DNA of 64,000 nucleotides from Adineta vaga (Eukaryota > Animalia > Rotifera): positions 19,592,001 to 19,656,000 of the forward strand of contig CP075492.1 in the NCBI GenBank assembly GCA_021613535.1. The letters are read 5' to 3'. Shown piece after piece: positions 1 to 14,036 of this stretch; within the stretch, counting starts at the first letter, position 1; the number at the start of each line of letters is the position of its first letter. Under the pieces are notes generated by a model. That model was not told the origin of the DNA and did no database searches. It saw nothing but the letters and a program-made list of their open reading frames with translations. The translations under genes and the position numbers were made by a program.

Positions 1-1
1 T

Positions 2-1165
2 ATTGAGTCAAAAGGTTTAGCGATTGGAGATTTCAACAATGATACTTACTTGGACATTATTGTTTGTAATTACCGTTCTACACATATGAGTATTTTCCTT
101 GGCTACGGCGATGGTTCTTTTGCTGATGAACAAAAGTTTGTAATAGGAACTGGTACATGGTCTGTAGTTGTCGGTGATTTCAACTATGATAGTCGACTAG
201 ATATTATCGTCTCAAATTTTAGTATCAGTACTGTTTGTGTCTGTTTTGGCAATGGTGATGGATCATTTACCAATCCAACAGCATATGCATCCGGTGGAGC
301 TACATACTCTATAGCACTTGGTGATTTTAATCATGATAATCTGTCAGATATTGTCACTGCCAATTATGGCTCTCATGATATCAGTGTTCTTCTCGCAAAC
401 GATGATGGTATTCTTTCGAAGAAGATATCATACTCCATTGGATCATATCCACAATCAGTAGCTGTTGGTAAGTTCAATAATGATGATTATCTTGACCTTG
501 TGATTGCGAATTCTGGTGATAACAAAATCGCAGTATTTTTCGGATCTAATAACAAAGTTTTCATTAAAAAAACAACATTAATAACTGGTAATAATTCTCA
601 ACCAACATCATTCGTTATCGGTAATTTTAACAATGATAATTACATGGATATATGTGTTGCTAATTCGGGTACACACAATATTGGATGTTTTTTTGGTCGT
701 GAAAATATTTCATTTACAAATCAAACTATATATTCAACTGGTCCATTATCATCTCCATTCTCATTGGCTATTGGTGATTTTAATAATGATAGTTGCTTAG
801 ATATCGCTGTTGCCAATAAAGATGCTGATAATGTCGGTATTTTCTTAGGATTTGGAGATGGTACTTTTTCAAATCAAACAATTTATTCGACAGGTTATGA
901 TTCCGATCCATATTCTATTGCTATTGGATATTTTAACAATGATAATATCTTAGATATAATTGTTGCTAATTATCATTCCAATAGTGTAGGTATATTCTTA
1001 GGACAAGGTAATGGTATATTTAATAATCAAATCTCATTTCCAATACGCTACAATTCCAATCCATTTGCCATTAACGTCGGTGATTTCAATCGTGACAACA
1101 AACTTGATTTTGCTATAGCAAATGAAGGTGATGATAATTTAAATATATTTTTACAAACTTGTTAA
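2..1165 (+). CDS. FG-GAP/VCBS beta-propeller repeat protein (5'-partial, runs off window)
   Basis: Repeated GDFNxDxxLDIxVxN...xxxxFLGxGDGxF motifs throughout ORF 50-1165; the frame is open back to position 2. Confidence 0.9.
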   Translation: MESKGLAIGDFNNDTYLDIIVCNYRSTHMSIFLGYGDGSFADEQKFVIGTGTWSVVVGDFNYDSRLDIIVSNFSISTVCVCFGNGDGSFTNPTAYASGGATYSIALGDFNHDNLSDIVTANYGSHDISVLLANDDGILSKKISYSIGSYPQSVAVGKFNNDDYLDLVIANSGDNKIAVFFGSNNKVFIKKTTLITGNNSQPTSFVIGNFNNDNYMDICVANSGTHNIGCFFGRENISFTNQTIYSTGPLSSPFSLAIGDFNNDSCLDIAVANKDADNVGIFLGFGDGTFSNQTIYSTGYDSDPYSIAIGYFNNDNILDIIVANYHSNSVGIFLGQGNGIFNNQISFPIRYNSNPFAINVGDFNRDNKLDFAIANEGDDNLNIFLQTC

Positions 1166-2329
1166 TATTTTTATTTGAATATTTATATTTAATCTATTCT
1201 TATTTATTATTTATTTCTTTTTTAAAAATAACAAAATTTCATATGATTTGTATAATGTCTAATTTCGTACTTTTATCTTCAATAAACTTTACATTAAACT
1301 TATCTATAAACTAATCATCTCTTCATAGGGTGTGAGTGCTTTTCTCTTTTTTACACTCATCTTAATAAAATGAAATTTTTAAAAGAATATAAAGTACGTG
1401 AATATTGTTATTGAGGGTATGAGTATCGATGTTCATATAGTAAATGCTCAACATCACCACTTACACATTTTTTTCTTCGTCTAAAAGAAATATAGAGATA
1501 TGTCATGGATATAAAATAAATTCATATTTTTATTTTGAGATTTTATTATTATGATGGATGATGTTAAGTGAATTTATATGAACGTGTCATTTCTCATTTT
1601 TCATATTCTTTTTTATTAAAAGAAAAGTTTTAGAAACACAATATATTTTTAATATTTCTCATTTTCTCGTTATTGTTCAATGATAGATTATGGAACTATT
1701 AGTAATATATAAGATTATATATCATGATTGATCAGATAAGAAATATTTTTATAATTTTTCAAATATATTTTGTGTTGGATTATAAATAATATGATTTTTA
1801 ATTGGTGTTTCTAATCTTTTATATGTACTCATATATTAACAAAACATAAAATAAATAACAATCTATATAGATTTATATATTTAGTCGATTTATATTATTT
1901 CATCGATGAATAGAACAATTTTGGATAGTTTTAACAAAAATTATCATAAGAATTTAAAATACTACATGTACAATTTGCGATTCTACAAGAATTTAAAAAT
2001 TATATTAACTAAATCGATAATTATTCGAGATCATTGACAAATATTGTTAAACATTGTAAATTGATGTTTGATGGAAAACAAAAAGTGAACAAACAATTTC
2101 TGATCAATAAAATGACTATGTATTTTGTAGATATTTTCGTTGAATTTATAATATAATATGAGAGAATATATATATATGAACATTGAAGAGATTTGTTATA
2201 ACGACAATGAAATTATTTTGAAATTGTTTCACTTGGATTTTCTATAGTTTTTATATGAAATCGTATAGTGAAGATATTTACAAGTAATAAACGTATAGAG
2301 AAACAAAAATAATAATATCAGTGAAAACA

Positions 2330-3100
2330 TTTAGTTTTACAAGAATAGAATGAACGAAGCAATTGTATTCAAATGAAATATCTTATACCTTCTTCTTGTT
2401 TGTCTACGATTGCACATTGCGTACCATTGTTGTACTGACTATAGATTCGAAGTTTTTCTGACAATCATGATCAATTGACCATATATACTAAAAATATATT
2501 TTTGTTAATATATAAAAAAGATTTACACGTTGTTCAACTGAATATTGATAATTGATGAATGAACAAATTCTATAATAATTAGAAGTTGAAGAAATCATTC
2601 ATATGACATTCAAGATTCGATACGATCAAAAAATGTAATACGTAACAATCATAGTAAGAAATCCTGAAATATCAATGCGTATGGAGATAAATTTTTATCA
2701 TAAATTTCATCTTAATTGAAAATAAAATAGATCATCATAGAATTGCCTTTTATCTTCATAATTTGTGGTCTGAAAACACCAACAATAGTCTTTCCAATAT
2801 CTATTTGAAATATAAATTCATCCATTATTATCTATTTTGAACACGTCAGTTGTTTGTACAGTTGATAGAAGTTATTCATCGACGAAACTTTTCAATGACA
2901 TTTCGTTGACGCTTAGAATTCATTGATATGTAAAATATCACTTTCAGAAAGATTCAATGTAATAGAAACAACGTTTCAGACAGCAAAGATAATTGTTGAG
3001 ATTGAAAATATTTTCAAAATAGATGGTATTAGTCATTTTTTTTTAAATTACGTAAATGTGCTTGAAGAACATATTAGAACAAAGATTTACTATCAATTTC
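2330..3100 (-). pseudogene. Possible degraded remnant of an F-box/LRR-like gene
   Basis: Minus-strand fragments such as GTQCAIVDKQEEGIRYFI*IQLLRSFYSCK loosely resemble the C-terminus of the F-box/LRR protein at 58731-60384 (LGIQCEVLSIQ...YLVKKMKNLRALCVKC). Many stops. Confidence 0.2.
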
Positions 3101-3623
3101 ATACTATAAATGAATATGAATATTTGTTAGTTATATTTTGAACAATGCCGAAGTCTCTACGGGTTTTTCTATTCATCTCATTACACATAGTTTCAGATGA
3201 GAGAAGACTGTAATTCAATCGATGAAGTGGATCTACTGCCGAAACTAAACTATACATATTATATGATGGACAATGAAATTTTCTCTAAACATCGTATTAA
3301 ATTGTACGAGACTTTGCTACAAACAATACAGTTTTGTTCATGTCGATACTTTCTCGTACAAACCATATTAGCGAATTACAATAAAAATATTACCTTTTTA
3401 TAAAAAAAAAAGTCCTCGATTTGACGAGAAATTTCATGCGAGACATATATTAGGATATCTAATAAGAAAGATTAATTAATATAGAAAAATCATTTTTAAA
3501 CGAGAACATGAATTCTATTTTGTCAATCTCAAGTACGAAATATACGTCTTTGTTTAATTGTAGCGTAGAAGTAAATGACGAAAAATAGATTAAGAAAAGA
3601 AAAATAAATAATGATCTTTTGTT

Positions 3624-6600
3624 CTATGATCGTCGTCTTTTGCAAATTCGAAAAAATGATTCTTTGAAAGTTTCTTTATAAGAATTCGACGGAATGACGA
3701 ATACAACAAAGATAAGTATCGATGGTGTGAATGAAATAAAATAAGCAGAAATATATAACCATGTATGATTAGATACATCTGTACATCCAGATAACAAAGA
3801 AATGATAAGACGTGGTAATGACAAAAGAAGTAGAATCGTAGGACTAATGATAAGTTGTTTATGTTCATTCCATTGTTCACGAATATGTTGTACATATGTT
3901 TGCCGTTTTTGAGCTTCTACTCGTCGTCGAGCACTTCCAATGATGATGAATAATGAAGAAACAAGATTTGCAATGAATGGACCAAGAAGATGAATGAACA
4001 AAGTGGTTGTATTATAATCTTGAATAGATTGAGGATAAGAAGTTACACACCAATTATAACTATCTATCACAATTTCTTCTGTAGTTTTTGTTTTATATTC
4101 AATTTCTTTTTGTTCTTTTATTTTACGTTTGAAAACTTGACGATATAATGGTTCATGAATAATTGTACTCATAATTAGAATTGGTAAGATGAATATAATC
4201 CATCGAGCAAATCTTTTACTTTTCTCTTTATCAAAATTCACTCCTTTGTAAACACTCATTGCACGTTCAAGTGCTATAAATGCATTGAGCCAAGCATCCC
4301 AATAGAAGAAAAGTTTAAGAATAGTCTCAATTGATTTACAACCAAATTGAACAATTGATAGATGAACAATTATATTCATTTGTGTAAGAACAACAAACCA
4401 AAACTTAATTATAAACATTGTTATTGTCAAAAGAGAAGTAATTGATGATGCAAAAAGATACAATCCACATCCAACTGTTCGTGTCTTTTGATTTTGAAAA
4501 GTTAAAATTGAACAAAGACTATTGATAATACTTACAACAAACATTATCACAGTCAATGCACCACTAATTTTGAGAAGAAGTGGTTGATCATGTAATGCCA
4601 TATTTCGATTAACTTCCAATCGTAAAATATCATCAAGTGTAAGACCAATACTTTTCACTTGAGTATTACATGGACCACCAACATAACAATAAGTTGAATT
4701 ATTAACTAAACAAAACATTTAAAGTTAAATAATCTCAAAATCTATATAAATTATTTGTATAGTCAAAAGTATTAATAATTCAAAAACTTGATTATTTATG
4801 TAATCTCAGAGTATTTTATTACATACTATACAAGGAAGAATATTGTTAAGAAAACAAAGAAAGTTTTTGCAATTCACAATTCATAAGGAATATATTTATT
4901 TATCTTAATATCAAAAACATGTCTAGAAGTATTTCAGAGTATGATATTCAAAAAAAAGAATATCATTCCACAATTGTTAACTTAGAATGAAAATAATATT
5001 GATAAAAACTTTTCTTTTTCACACGATTTTGATATATGACTGGGAATGTTAAGTAAAGAAGTATTTTCATCATTTGAAACCTTTATTGTATATTCTATAG
5101 AAGCGACTCATAATGATCATCTTTGATTGTAATTTCCATCAGCCATTTCACTTTCTCATTTCTTTTCTAATTTATTATCACTATATCAATGAACCAAGAA
5201 AAAAGGATGGCAGTGTAACATATTGATGATTTGAGTATTAGCCTAAATCATATCATCATAATAAAAGGTATGTACAGATCAATTATAGAAGCTAATTCAA
5301 AACTAGACTCACAAATGTGTCTTCTGTTCTGAGGAGATTAAATATAATTTTGTATGTGTTCAGTATTGATTACTTATCAAATGTTATTGATACTTACTGA
5401 TACGTTCGAGAGTAATATTTGTTGTACCATATAAGCTGATTGAGAAGGGTTTTGTAATTAATGAATCAAAAGTTGTCACAAGTAATATATATGTGATATC
5501 AGATCGAAGATAACGTGTATATTCTACTTCACCATTCGAATTATAACATGTGCTCACACCCCAATCCGAAATTAAATTTTGACTTGGATTTAATGCATCA
5601 AAATGATTTTTGTAAATATTTATTTCTATATTAAAACGTCTACTAGTTGAAATGACATAATATGCATCAATGGGTAAGGTCATTCGTAGAGTTTCATAGT
5701 AATAATATGAACGAAAACAAGTTTTATCATAGATTTGACTATTTGTTGTTAATTCCGATGAATAGTTCACATAATTAGCTGATGAAGCATCTATTCAGAA
5801 AAAATATTAGATTTTGATTTGAGATACAATTTAAATCAAAGATTCTTCAGAATTTGTGTTTCTCTAATACTACTACTACTAATCATAAAGATTACAGACA
5901 TTACTCACTTATACGTCGAAAATTGACACGATTTCTGCCAGCTATCTTGACCGAGAAGTCCCATGTTATATTTTGTGAACATGCTCTCACAAACAATATG
6001 TATCGAATTTTGCTTAGAAGTTCAACAGTAATTTTAGACTGATCAGATTTAAGACAGGCAACACTTTCTACGAGTAAATGTGCTGCTGGAATAAGTGGAT
6101 AAAAATCATGTTTATAGATACCAAATGGGATACTCATGTCCATCTTGTTTGTGTTAATAATATCATAAAAACCACTTTCAATTACTTCTATTTGTATTGC
6201 TTCATAATAATATCCGTTGGTTCTATCACAGCTCATAGGAAAATATATCTCATGATCTTTTGTCAATGTAGATGTGTATGTTGAATGAATATTTCGTTCG
6301 GGATCTTCAATACAAAATCTAACTATAAATCGAATATTCTCTTTAGTCATATTTATAACTCACTTCTACGTCCAAAACGAACTTTATTTGAACCGAATAT
6401 GATGATTGAAAATAGACCTGTTATATTTGGTTTATACGTTGTTACAATCAAGATATATTGCGTGTTGGCAAGAAGTTCAAGTGTGAATTTGAATTGATCT
6501 TTATTGCAACATTTGCCATACCATGCAATTAGGTTTTTTGTAGGATTGAATCGATCGAAACTATCTTTGTATAGATGCCCGTAAAGATCAATACTACTGT

Positions 6601-8023
6601 TAGCAGTGAGAGTGTAGGAATCGTTTTTACTAACAATGAATTCTATGAATTCATAATGATAATTTGATTCATTCAAATTAGTACGTGAAAATGTTTTATG
6701 ATTTTTTGTTAAGTTTGTTGAATATGTTAGTTGCATCGTGGGGGAAATATTCTCTTAATGAAAAAAAATGAATCATTATATAATAATGAATATCAACAAT
6801 ACTTACTACAAGATTCTTTCTGTAAATCAAATTTTTTAATTTGACTATTACCATCATAGATAAAAATATTTCCATAAATATCAAAGCTAAATGAATTTGG
6901 CGATACTAGTTTATCAGATTCTTCAACATTTCTACCACATCCAAGCAAACATCGAAAACCATTTGGTCCCGACGCAACAATACGTTTATTTGAAGTATCC
7001 AAAATGAAAAGATATCCGCCAGCATCTAATATAATTGAGTCTGGCTTACTGAGTGCAATTGTAATATCTGATGCACCTTTTCCTGCGACTGTTTGTCCAT
7101 TTTTTTCACCAAACGGAAATAGTTGAATTCGACCATTAAACCAATCCGCCACATATAAATCCAAATTTGTATCAACAAAGATTCCCTTAGGTAAGTGTAG
7201 TTCATCCGGAGCTGAACCCCCTTTGCCTGTGCCAGCTACAACGATCTTCCCCTTCTCATCGTCTAACCATGTTTTTACAACTATATGATTCATAAAATAT
7301 GTGCAATATAAATAATTATTAATATCGATAAAGAGACCAGAACATTCTATTGTAAACTTCATAATGTTAACAGAACTATTCGTACTTGGCTTCCATTTAA
7401 TAGTTCTACTAGTATTATATAAAGAAATATAAATTTGACGAATGTCGGAAACAAGTAACGCTCGTCGTGCCGACTCACTCAACCCTTGACTGTGGAGAAA
7501 AGGTTTTTTTATACTATCTAAACTAATATAAATTTCACCAATGTTGGAAACAAATATTGATACAAAGGGCGTCCAGTCTTCTTCATGGATTATCATGGGC
7601 TGAGTATTATTCTCATGCCAAACTAGAATTTGACGTTTTTCATTAGCAGCAACATAAATTGTATTGTTAGTATTAATAAATATTTTACCACCTTGCCTCC
7701 CCAATACATCTGAACCGAAGAAAGTGGTTGCATTTCTACTCCATTTTACTGTTGGACAGAATTTTGGTTGATTGAACGAAAGTGCTATACAATGAAAACA
7801 AGAAGTTTAGTGACAAAGTCGATAAATGTCGAAAATCAAATATAAATACGAAGATGATGAATACTTAAAAACTTTGCCTATCACAATCATTTAGTTTTAA
7901 TTCATTCTCTCATTCCAATCGAATGGTAGATAAGTCTGAACAGAAATGATTACCTGATATTCCATTGATGTGAATTAGCAGAAAAACAACAACCATAGAA
8001 AAATAATAATTTTTTATCAACAT
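3624..8023 (-). CDS. Multi-exon receptor: signal peptide + NHL beta-propeller + three tandem ~120-aa modules + rhodopsin-like 7TM domain
   Basis: Approximate exons: 8023-7954 (MLIKNYYFSMVVVFLLIH), 7784-~6804 (SFNQPKFCP..., NHL repeats PKGIFVD...LYVADWFNGRIQ), three homologous exons (~6740-6361, ~6308-5908, ~5791-5397) each ending at a GTRAGT donor, and 4705-3624 (seven hydrophobic segments, LER motif). Joining into one gene is inferred from compatible splice phases. Confidence 0.7.
7451..7482 (-). repeat. 32-bp dispersed repeat, copy 1 (inside the NHL exon)
   Basis: Reverse complement TTGAGTGAGTCGGCACGACGAGCGTTACTTGT matches 11040-11071 at 30/32 positions. Confidence 0.8.
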
Positions 8024-9647
8024 ATTCAGTAGAATGTCTAAAGAAAAAATGACTTCATTCTTACCTTCTTCAATATTTATATCTCACTTTTCTTTGATTA
8101 TTGACAATATATATGTCTTTCTCTCTGTCGAGTGAAAAATAAAAGGTGAAAGATGAAGAATAGAAAGTTCAAAATCCTAAAATCGGTGTTCGTGCACACA
8201 ATAAATGCTTGACTGTCTCAATTAACTGAAAATTATTAAAAAAAACTCTAAGAATTTCAGAGAAAAATAGTCGTGCAGTTCGTATGGGTACTCGTTAGTG
8301 AATAAATATTCTCTTTTATCACGACTAAGTTCAATGATATTCTTTGTTTTTCTCTTGTATTCATAACAATCTTAAAATCAACATCAATTCTTGATTTGTA
8401 GTAGACAATACTTTTGAAGAATATTTAATATGAACACAAATATTTTCAGTAAATAAGAAAAGTCATAGAAATCTTTGATAGATGCAAATAAAATATTTGA
8501 AGAATAATTTTTCTTTTACATGTGAATATCACTGAATGAGCATGTTCTCTGTCCCTGGAAATTAGTATGGCATGATTTTTCATCGTTTTTTGCTTGAAAG
8601 TTATATTCTAATAATCATAAAAAAAAGATGAAATATTAGTATTATTTGAGACTATAGACTAAAAAGAAAATATATCCTTTGATTTATGGTGGATATTTTG
8701 TCCGTTTTAAAAGATTGACAATTGATCAATATTATTCTTGTGGAAAATATGATGAAGATCTTATTACATTCTTCGCCACTTACACATCATATTAAGTGAA
8801 TTTTATTTGCTTCAACTGGATGAATTGAAACAAAATGTTTTAGAAGTTTTGCGAAGCATCGGTGTTAGACGAGGGAAGGCAATAGAAAATTATTGCATTC
8901 ATACTAATTTGTAATAAGGAATGGAGAGAGAGAAAGGAGAGTTTTCTATATAAACTGAATAGATACAAATTTTGAATATGATCATATATTGAGGATGTGG
9001 TGTGGGTGCACCTGCCATATGTCACCCAAACCCACACCCACCCTTTCTCTGAAACACTGCAGCTGATTTAGATTATAGTGCAATAGCGCTCAGTGTTTAT
9101 TAAATCACTTTTTGAAAGTAAGTTAAAATGTTCTGAAAATTGAATTTAGAGATTTTGGATGATACTCTTTCGTTTAAGATTTAAAAGAAAGGGGTGAACA
9201 TTTTGAGAATGTAACTCTTGTAAATAATTCTCGATTTTTTCATGAATTGTCTCGTATATAAAATGATCATATAGCAAAAATATCATATGATACGAGGGAA
9301 AAAAAGACTTTATGAATAATAAAATACATCATCCGACTTCACTTTGCTTCAAATACTGTTTAAAGTAGATGCAGTCTTGCTTTCCCTTCTTTGATATAAC
9401 ACCATATTTTATCAGCAGATAGTGCTTTCAGTAATGACGGTAGAAAGTTTTTTGTTCTGTTTTTAATAATTATTAATGTTGTTTTATAGAAGGTAAATGA
9501 GAAGTACTTAAGAGCCTTCATATTCGAATATTCTTTTTATGTAAAAGGTATTTTCCTAATTATTTAGATAGGAAATTGCCTGTGAGAAAGTCTTTTTTCT
9601 TTTTCTACATAAATGAAACACATACATTACATATCATATTAAGTTAA

Positions 9648-10653
9648 ATGAACAAAACAATGTTACCAAATATTGTTTTTACGATCATTTCTATAATAAG
9701 TACTAGTCTTACAATACTAATCACTCTTTCTATTATAATTATTCTCTTCATTCATTTACGTCATAAACGTACTGCTGCAATTCTTCTGTCAACTAATACA
9801 TATGTGAATATATTCATATTTTCTATCGTACTTCTATCGGCAAATATTATTGTTCTTAAAAGAGATTTATTTGGTCGAGATATATTAACTAATCATGAAT
9901 TAACTGCTTGTCAATTTCAAGGTTTTTTAATCTATGAACGATTTGGTTGCTGTTACCTAAGTTTTGTTCTTCAAGCAGTCTTTCGATTATTAAAAGTTTT
10001 ATATCCAAAACGAATATTTTTTCAAGTATGTTTATTTATTATCAATAAAATGAGAATAAATAGATGTTGTACAAAGAGATCTTTCTTTCCTTTTTTACAT
10101 ATTTTAGTCATTTATATTCAATTTAATTTGTGTTATATCACAATGGATTTTATGTTTTCTCTTTGTTTTACCATCGTATCTATGGCGAGATTTATTTTAT
10201 TCATTCTATGAATTAGATTATTATTGTGGTATTCGTTATGAGAAATTATTTTATCTTTGGTATGTTATTTTAAATATATATGTATTACCTCTTGTTTATA
10301 TGACTATAATTTATATTCGATTAATTTATTTTATACGTTATAAAAATTTACAATTATTACAAACACAACGAGGACGAAGAGCACAACGTGATTATATTGT
10401 TACACGTCGTATTTTATTTACTATGGGTATTCTTGCTTTAGCAGGATTACCAAATGTAGGTTTAGTTTTTATGACACATATTAAGCCGAATTTATCAGGT
10501 GATTATTATATGTATCGAATTCAATGGATGGTTCCAAGTATAACAATGTTAACTATTAGTATAGGACTTATATTTATGACTCCACAATTAAAAGAGATTA
10601 TAATCAATTTAGGACGTCGAGAAAACCATGTTATACATAAATTAATTAATTAA
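9648..10653 (+). CDS. Rhodopsin-like 7TM receptor, 2 exons (9648-10025, 10108-10653), ~307 aa
   Basis: Removing the GT-AG intron 10026-10107 joins the two ORFs in frame. The product has seven hydrophobic segments, a Cys at TM3 (ACQFQG), a QAVFRL DRY-like position and a YYCG ECL2. Confidence 0.8.
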
Positions 10654-11039
10654 TTAAAGTTTCTAAATGAGTACTTCATGTATTTTGATTGTTATATTTT
10701 ACAAATGAATATATTGTTAGGTTAAGAGATGATCTCAGAGTCAACATACACTAATATGTCCTATTTGATTTGATATCTGTAATATTTCAATAATAGTCTG
10801 AAACAATTTATGTGTCTTTATGCACATCTTTGGCTTTTTTGAGGGTGTGGGTGAGGGTATGAGCATGATTGTTGAATGAAATTGATTTCACGAAGAAAAG
10901 AAAGACTGTTTTGTTTTCGAAAGTTAATAGATATTTTAGCAAAACCACTGGAACTCTTTCCTCATACATAAAGTTGTGAGATCAATTCGTCTCATTATTG
11001 GTAGATTCAGAAAATACTTGTCATTCGCGCAATCGAGGA

Positions 11040-11071
11040 TTGAGTGAGCCGGCACGACGAGCTTTACTTGT
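11040..11071 (+). repeat. 32-bp dispersed repeat, copy 2 (intergenic; possible transposon end)
   Basis: TTGAGTGAGCCGGCACGACGAGCTTTACTTGT, 30/32 identical to the reverse complement of 7451-7482. Confidence 0.8.
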
Positions 11072-11699
11072 CTTTTAGCGCCTTTTGTAATAAATCTTCT
11101 GGCATATTCATATTCAATATAAACATTTAATAAATCACAATTATCTCTTTCTTGAGGGTGTCAGTGGGTAAAGAGAATAACGTTAGTTTCATCCTCACCC
11201 TCACACAGTTTTTTAGAACTCACCATTCGTTTGAATATGAATCATGATCTGAGAGGACAGACAAAATTTCTTGCGTTTTATCTTACTGAAATATTTACTC
11301 ACCTTATATTTTGACTGAAAACTACATAATCAAACAACAGGTTTTTTTCTAGAAGGTATGTGAAGATGGGTGTGGGTGTGGGTCATTCCACTAAATTCAT
11401 TGACATCGATTTTGAACAGTCAAGAAGATAGGATGTAGTTTATAACATATCATCACTTACCACTTTGTCTGCCGGTCCATTGAGAAGCGGACGTCGATCA
11501 ATATAAATAGCCACAAGCGAAGGATTAGTAAAAATATAAGAAATGAAGAGTAAATGAACCAGTGACAGCTGTCGATGGTTTGGTAGAAATTCTCCCGAGC
11601 CTCTACTCATTCTACGAAGTTGTTAGTCATTTCGTTAAAGCTATACTGAACTACTTACTAGCATACAGAACTCATCATAGTTTAGCGTAAATTTTCTCA

Positions 11700-12082
11700 A
11701 GCCTTGGACGGTGATAGGAAACCGTTGATAGTTTCGTATAAATTTCACCAAACCATGAGGGAGTTACGGAAACATTGATAGTTTCGAAGAACCTCTGCCA
11801 AATCTTCATTCTCTGCACGGATACCTTGACAGTTTTTCATAAATCCTACGAAACCTTAGGCTCGTCTATGCAGCTATTGGTAGTTCGTAGAAATTACACC
11901 GAACCATCGATGCTACGGTGTAAAATCTCCTGAACTATCAATGATTTCATAAATCGCATAGAAAATCTTCAGATGGTTTTTGTCAACTGCCGAACCTTCT
12001 CGACCCTACTGTACTTAAAATCGTTCAGTGATAGTATGGAGAACCTTTCAGGTTCGATAAAACACCATTTGGTTTTACAGTG
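11700..12082. repeat. Degenerate ~51-bp tandem repeat, probable non-autonomous DNA transposon remnant
   Basis: A TTGAYAGTTT...AAA...CCGAACC-like unit recurs at 11725, 11775, 11826 and 11877. The region ends in TTTTACAGTG (a CACTG-type terminus on the minus strand); no matching left end was found. Confidence 0.4.
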
Positions 12083-14036
12083 TATTGGAAGATATCGATT
12101 ATCCCATAGTCGATGAGGGTCATGAATCATCGCTAACAGGCGTGAGTCACAGCTCATTTTCGAGTATAAAAAGAGCTTGTTCGAAGCATTCATCCTTCAA
12201 TTCGATCAACTTTCTCGCATCAGTTTGGAACACAATGAACGTAGATCGATTTGATGTGATACTATTAAAGATCTCTTATAGTGTATGAAGAGAATCAGTT
12301 ATTTGTTCAACAGTCGCTTATAATATTGTTTTGTCTAACATAATCAAATTATATTGACATCATGATTTGTCCTGTTTTTTTATGACTAATTAATTATTTT
12401 GTTTCTCATGAATTGAGCGACTACAAAATTGCAAAAAATAAATGAAGAACAGATTAAAAACGACTGTGTTCACAGGGAAAGATGGTCGTTTTTCTATCAT
12501 AAATGCAGAATGAAACTTAGTAGCCTTTAATCATTAATTTTTTTACATACATAGTTTCTCAGACAATATTTTCATGCAAACCATTAAATCTTTCTTTTGT
12601 ATAGATTATTTACTTGCATCGTATATACATTTACAATAACAAGAGAAGTTATCTTATTCGTAAAATCGAACTTTCACAATGGCATCTACTATTGAATTTA
12701 ATAATAATGAATATGTATTATTGTTCAAATATTTTTTCATTTCTTAACATACTTTAGTTGTAGATGAGTGTACCAGTTTCTATATTGATACCAATCTCGA
12801 TTATAATGCTCCCAATTTCATTTTTACTACCGCAATATGTTGTTCAACAGAATGTTCAATGTATATATTGTGGACAAAAAAGTCAACCACCTGTAATTGA
12901 AAAAGAAGTAAAACATACCAATTCAGATATTCAAAGACGACATGAAAATGAATGAATTATTTGAAAAATTCGATACTGATAAACGTCATTTTTATCACAA
13001 TGAAAATATTTATTGCAATAATTATTCGCTGATTTCAATGTTCGATATTGCAGATGCAGAAATAAAACCATCATCTTTTTATGAATATCAAGATCAATTT
13101 TTAGATAATCTCATGGGAAAATGCTTCGACGATATTGATGAAGTCGTTCAATACTTAAAAGAAGGCATAAATTTAGTTTGAATATAAGAAAAAATGAAAC
13201 TATGGATAATCAAATATTATGATATATGAGTAAATATATGTTTATATGTATTAGACATCATTTATGGTAAAGATTTCTAAAACAAATTTTCCATAGCAGA
13301 TATTGTTCATATCTAGTGTTCTTATGTAATTAATACAAATTTGTTGATACAAATTTAGAAATTTAAAATAAATTCTGTACATTCTTTTTCAAATATAATT
13401 TTTAAATCTTTTTTTCTAGCATAAGTTGGCCTATATTGCTATTGAGAAAATGTTCATTCAAGATAAAGAATGTCTATTTTATTTGATCGGTTAGCTTGCT
13501 CCATCATGATTCATTCTTGCACGAAAGAAAAAAGAAAAGATAAGCTGAAACAAACAAGAATTGAACTCAACGAAAGAGAGAAGAAAAGAAACAGAAAAAG
13601 GCAAAATCATATTTGATTAGTTTCATAATAAAAAAATTTGTTGAAATATTCCTATATAGATATATCTTTTATTCAGCCATCAGAACGTTTATACATTCAT
13701 CCATGTTTTAGTTTTGACGGATTTTCAAAATTGTGTGAAGCATATAAAACTTCTCTTTTCAAATGCTATTCTCGTCTTCTACCGCTGAACACTGTCTACT
13801 ATGATGCAGATTTTGGATTACTTGATTACGAATGATACAGTCAGACAGTAGGCTTGAAACGTACATTCAATTATCATGAGAAAAGTTTGTTCAAGGGTAA
13901 AATATTTTAGAATGTAAAATATAACATGTGAAATGTATATGGGTGATTTACTTTGGTTCAAGAAACGTTTCTTACGGTAGAAAGTCGAAATGAATACAAG
14001 AATAAGACATTCGTGCGCACTGTAAAATAATTTAAA

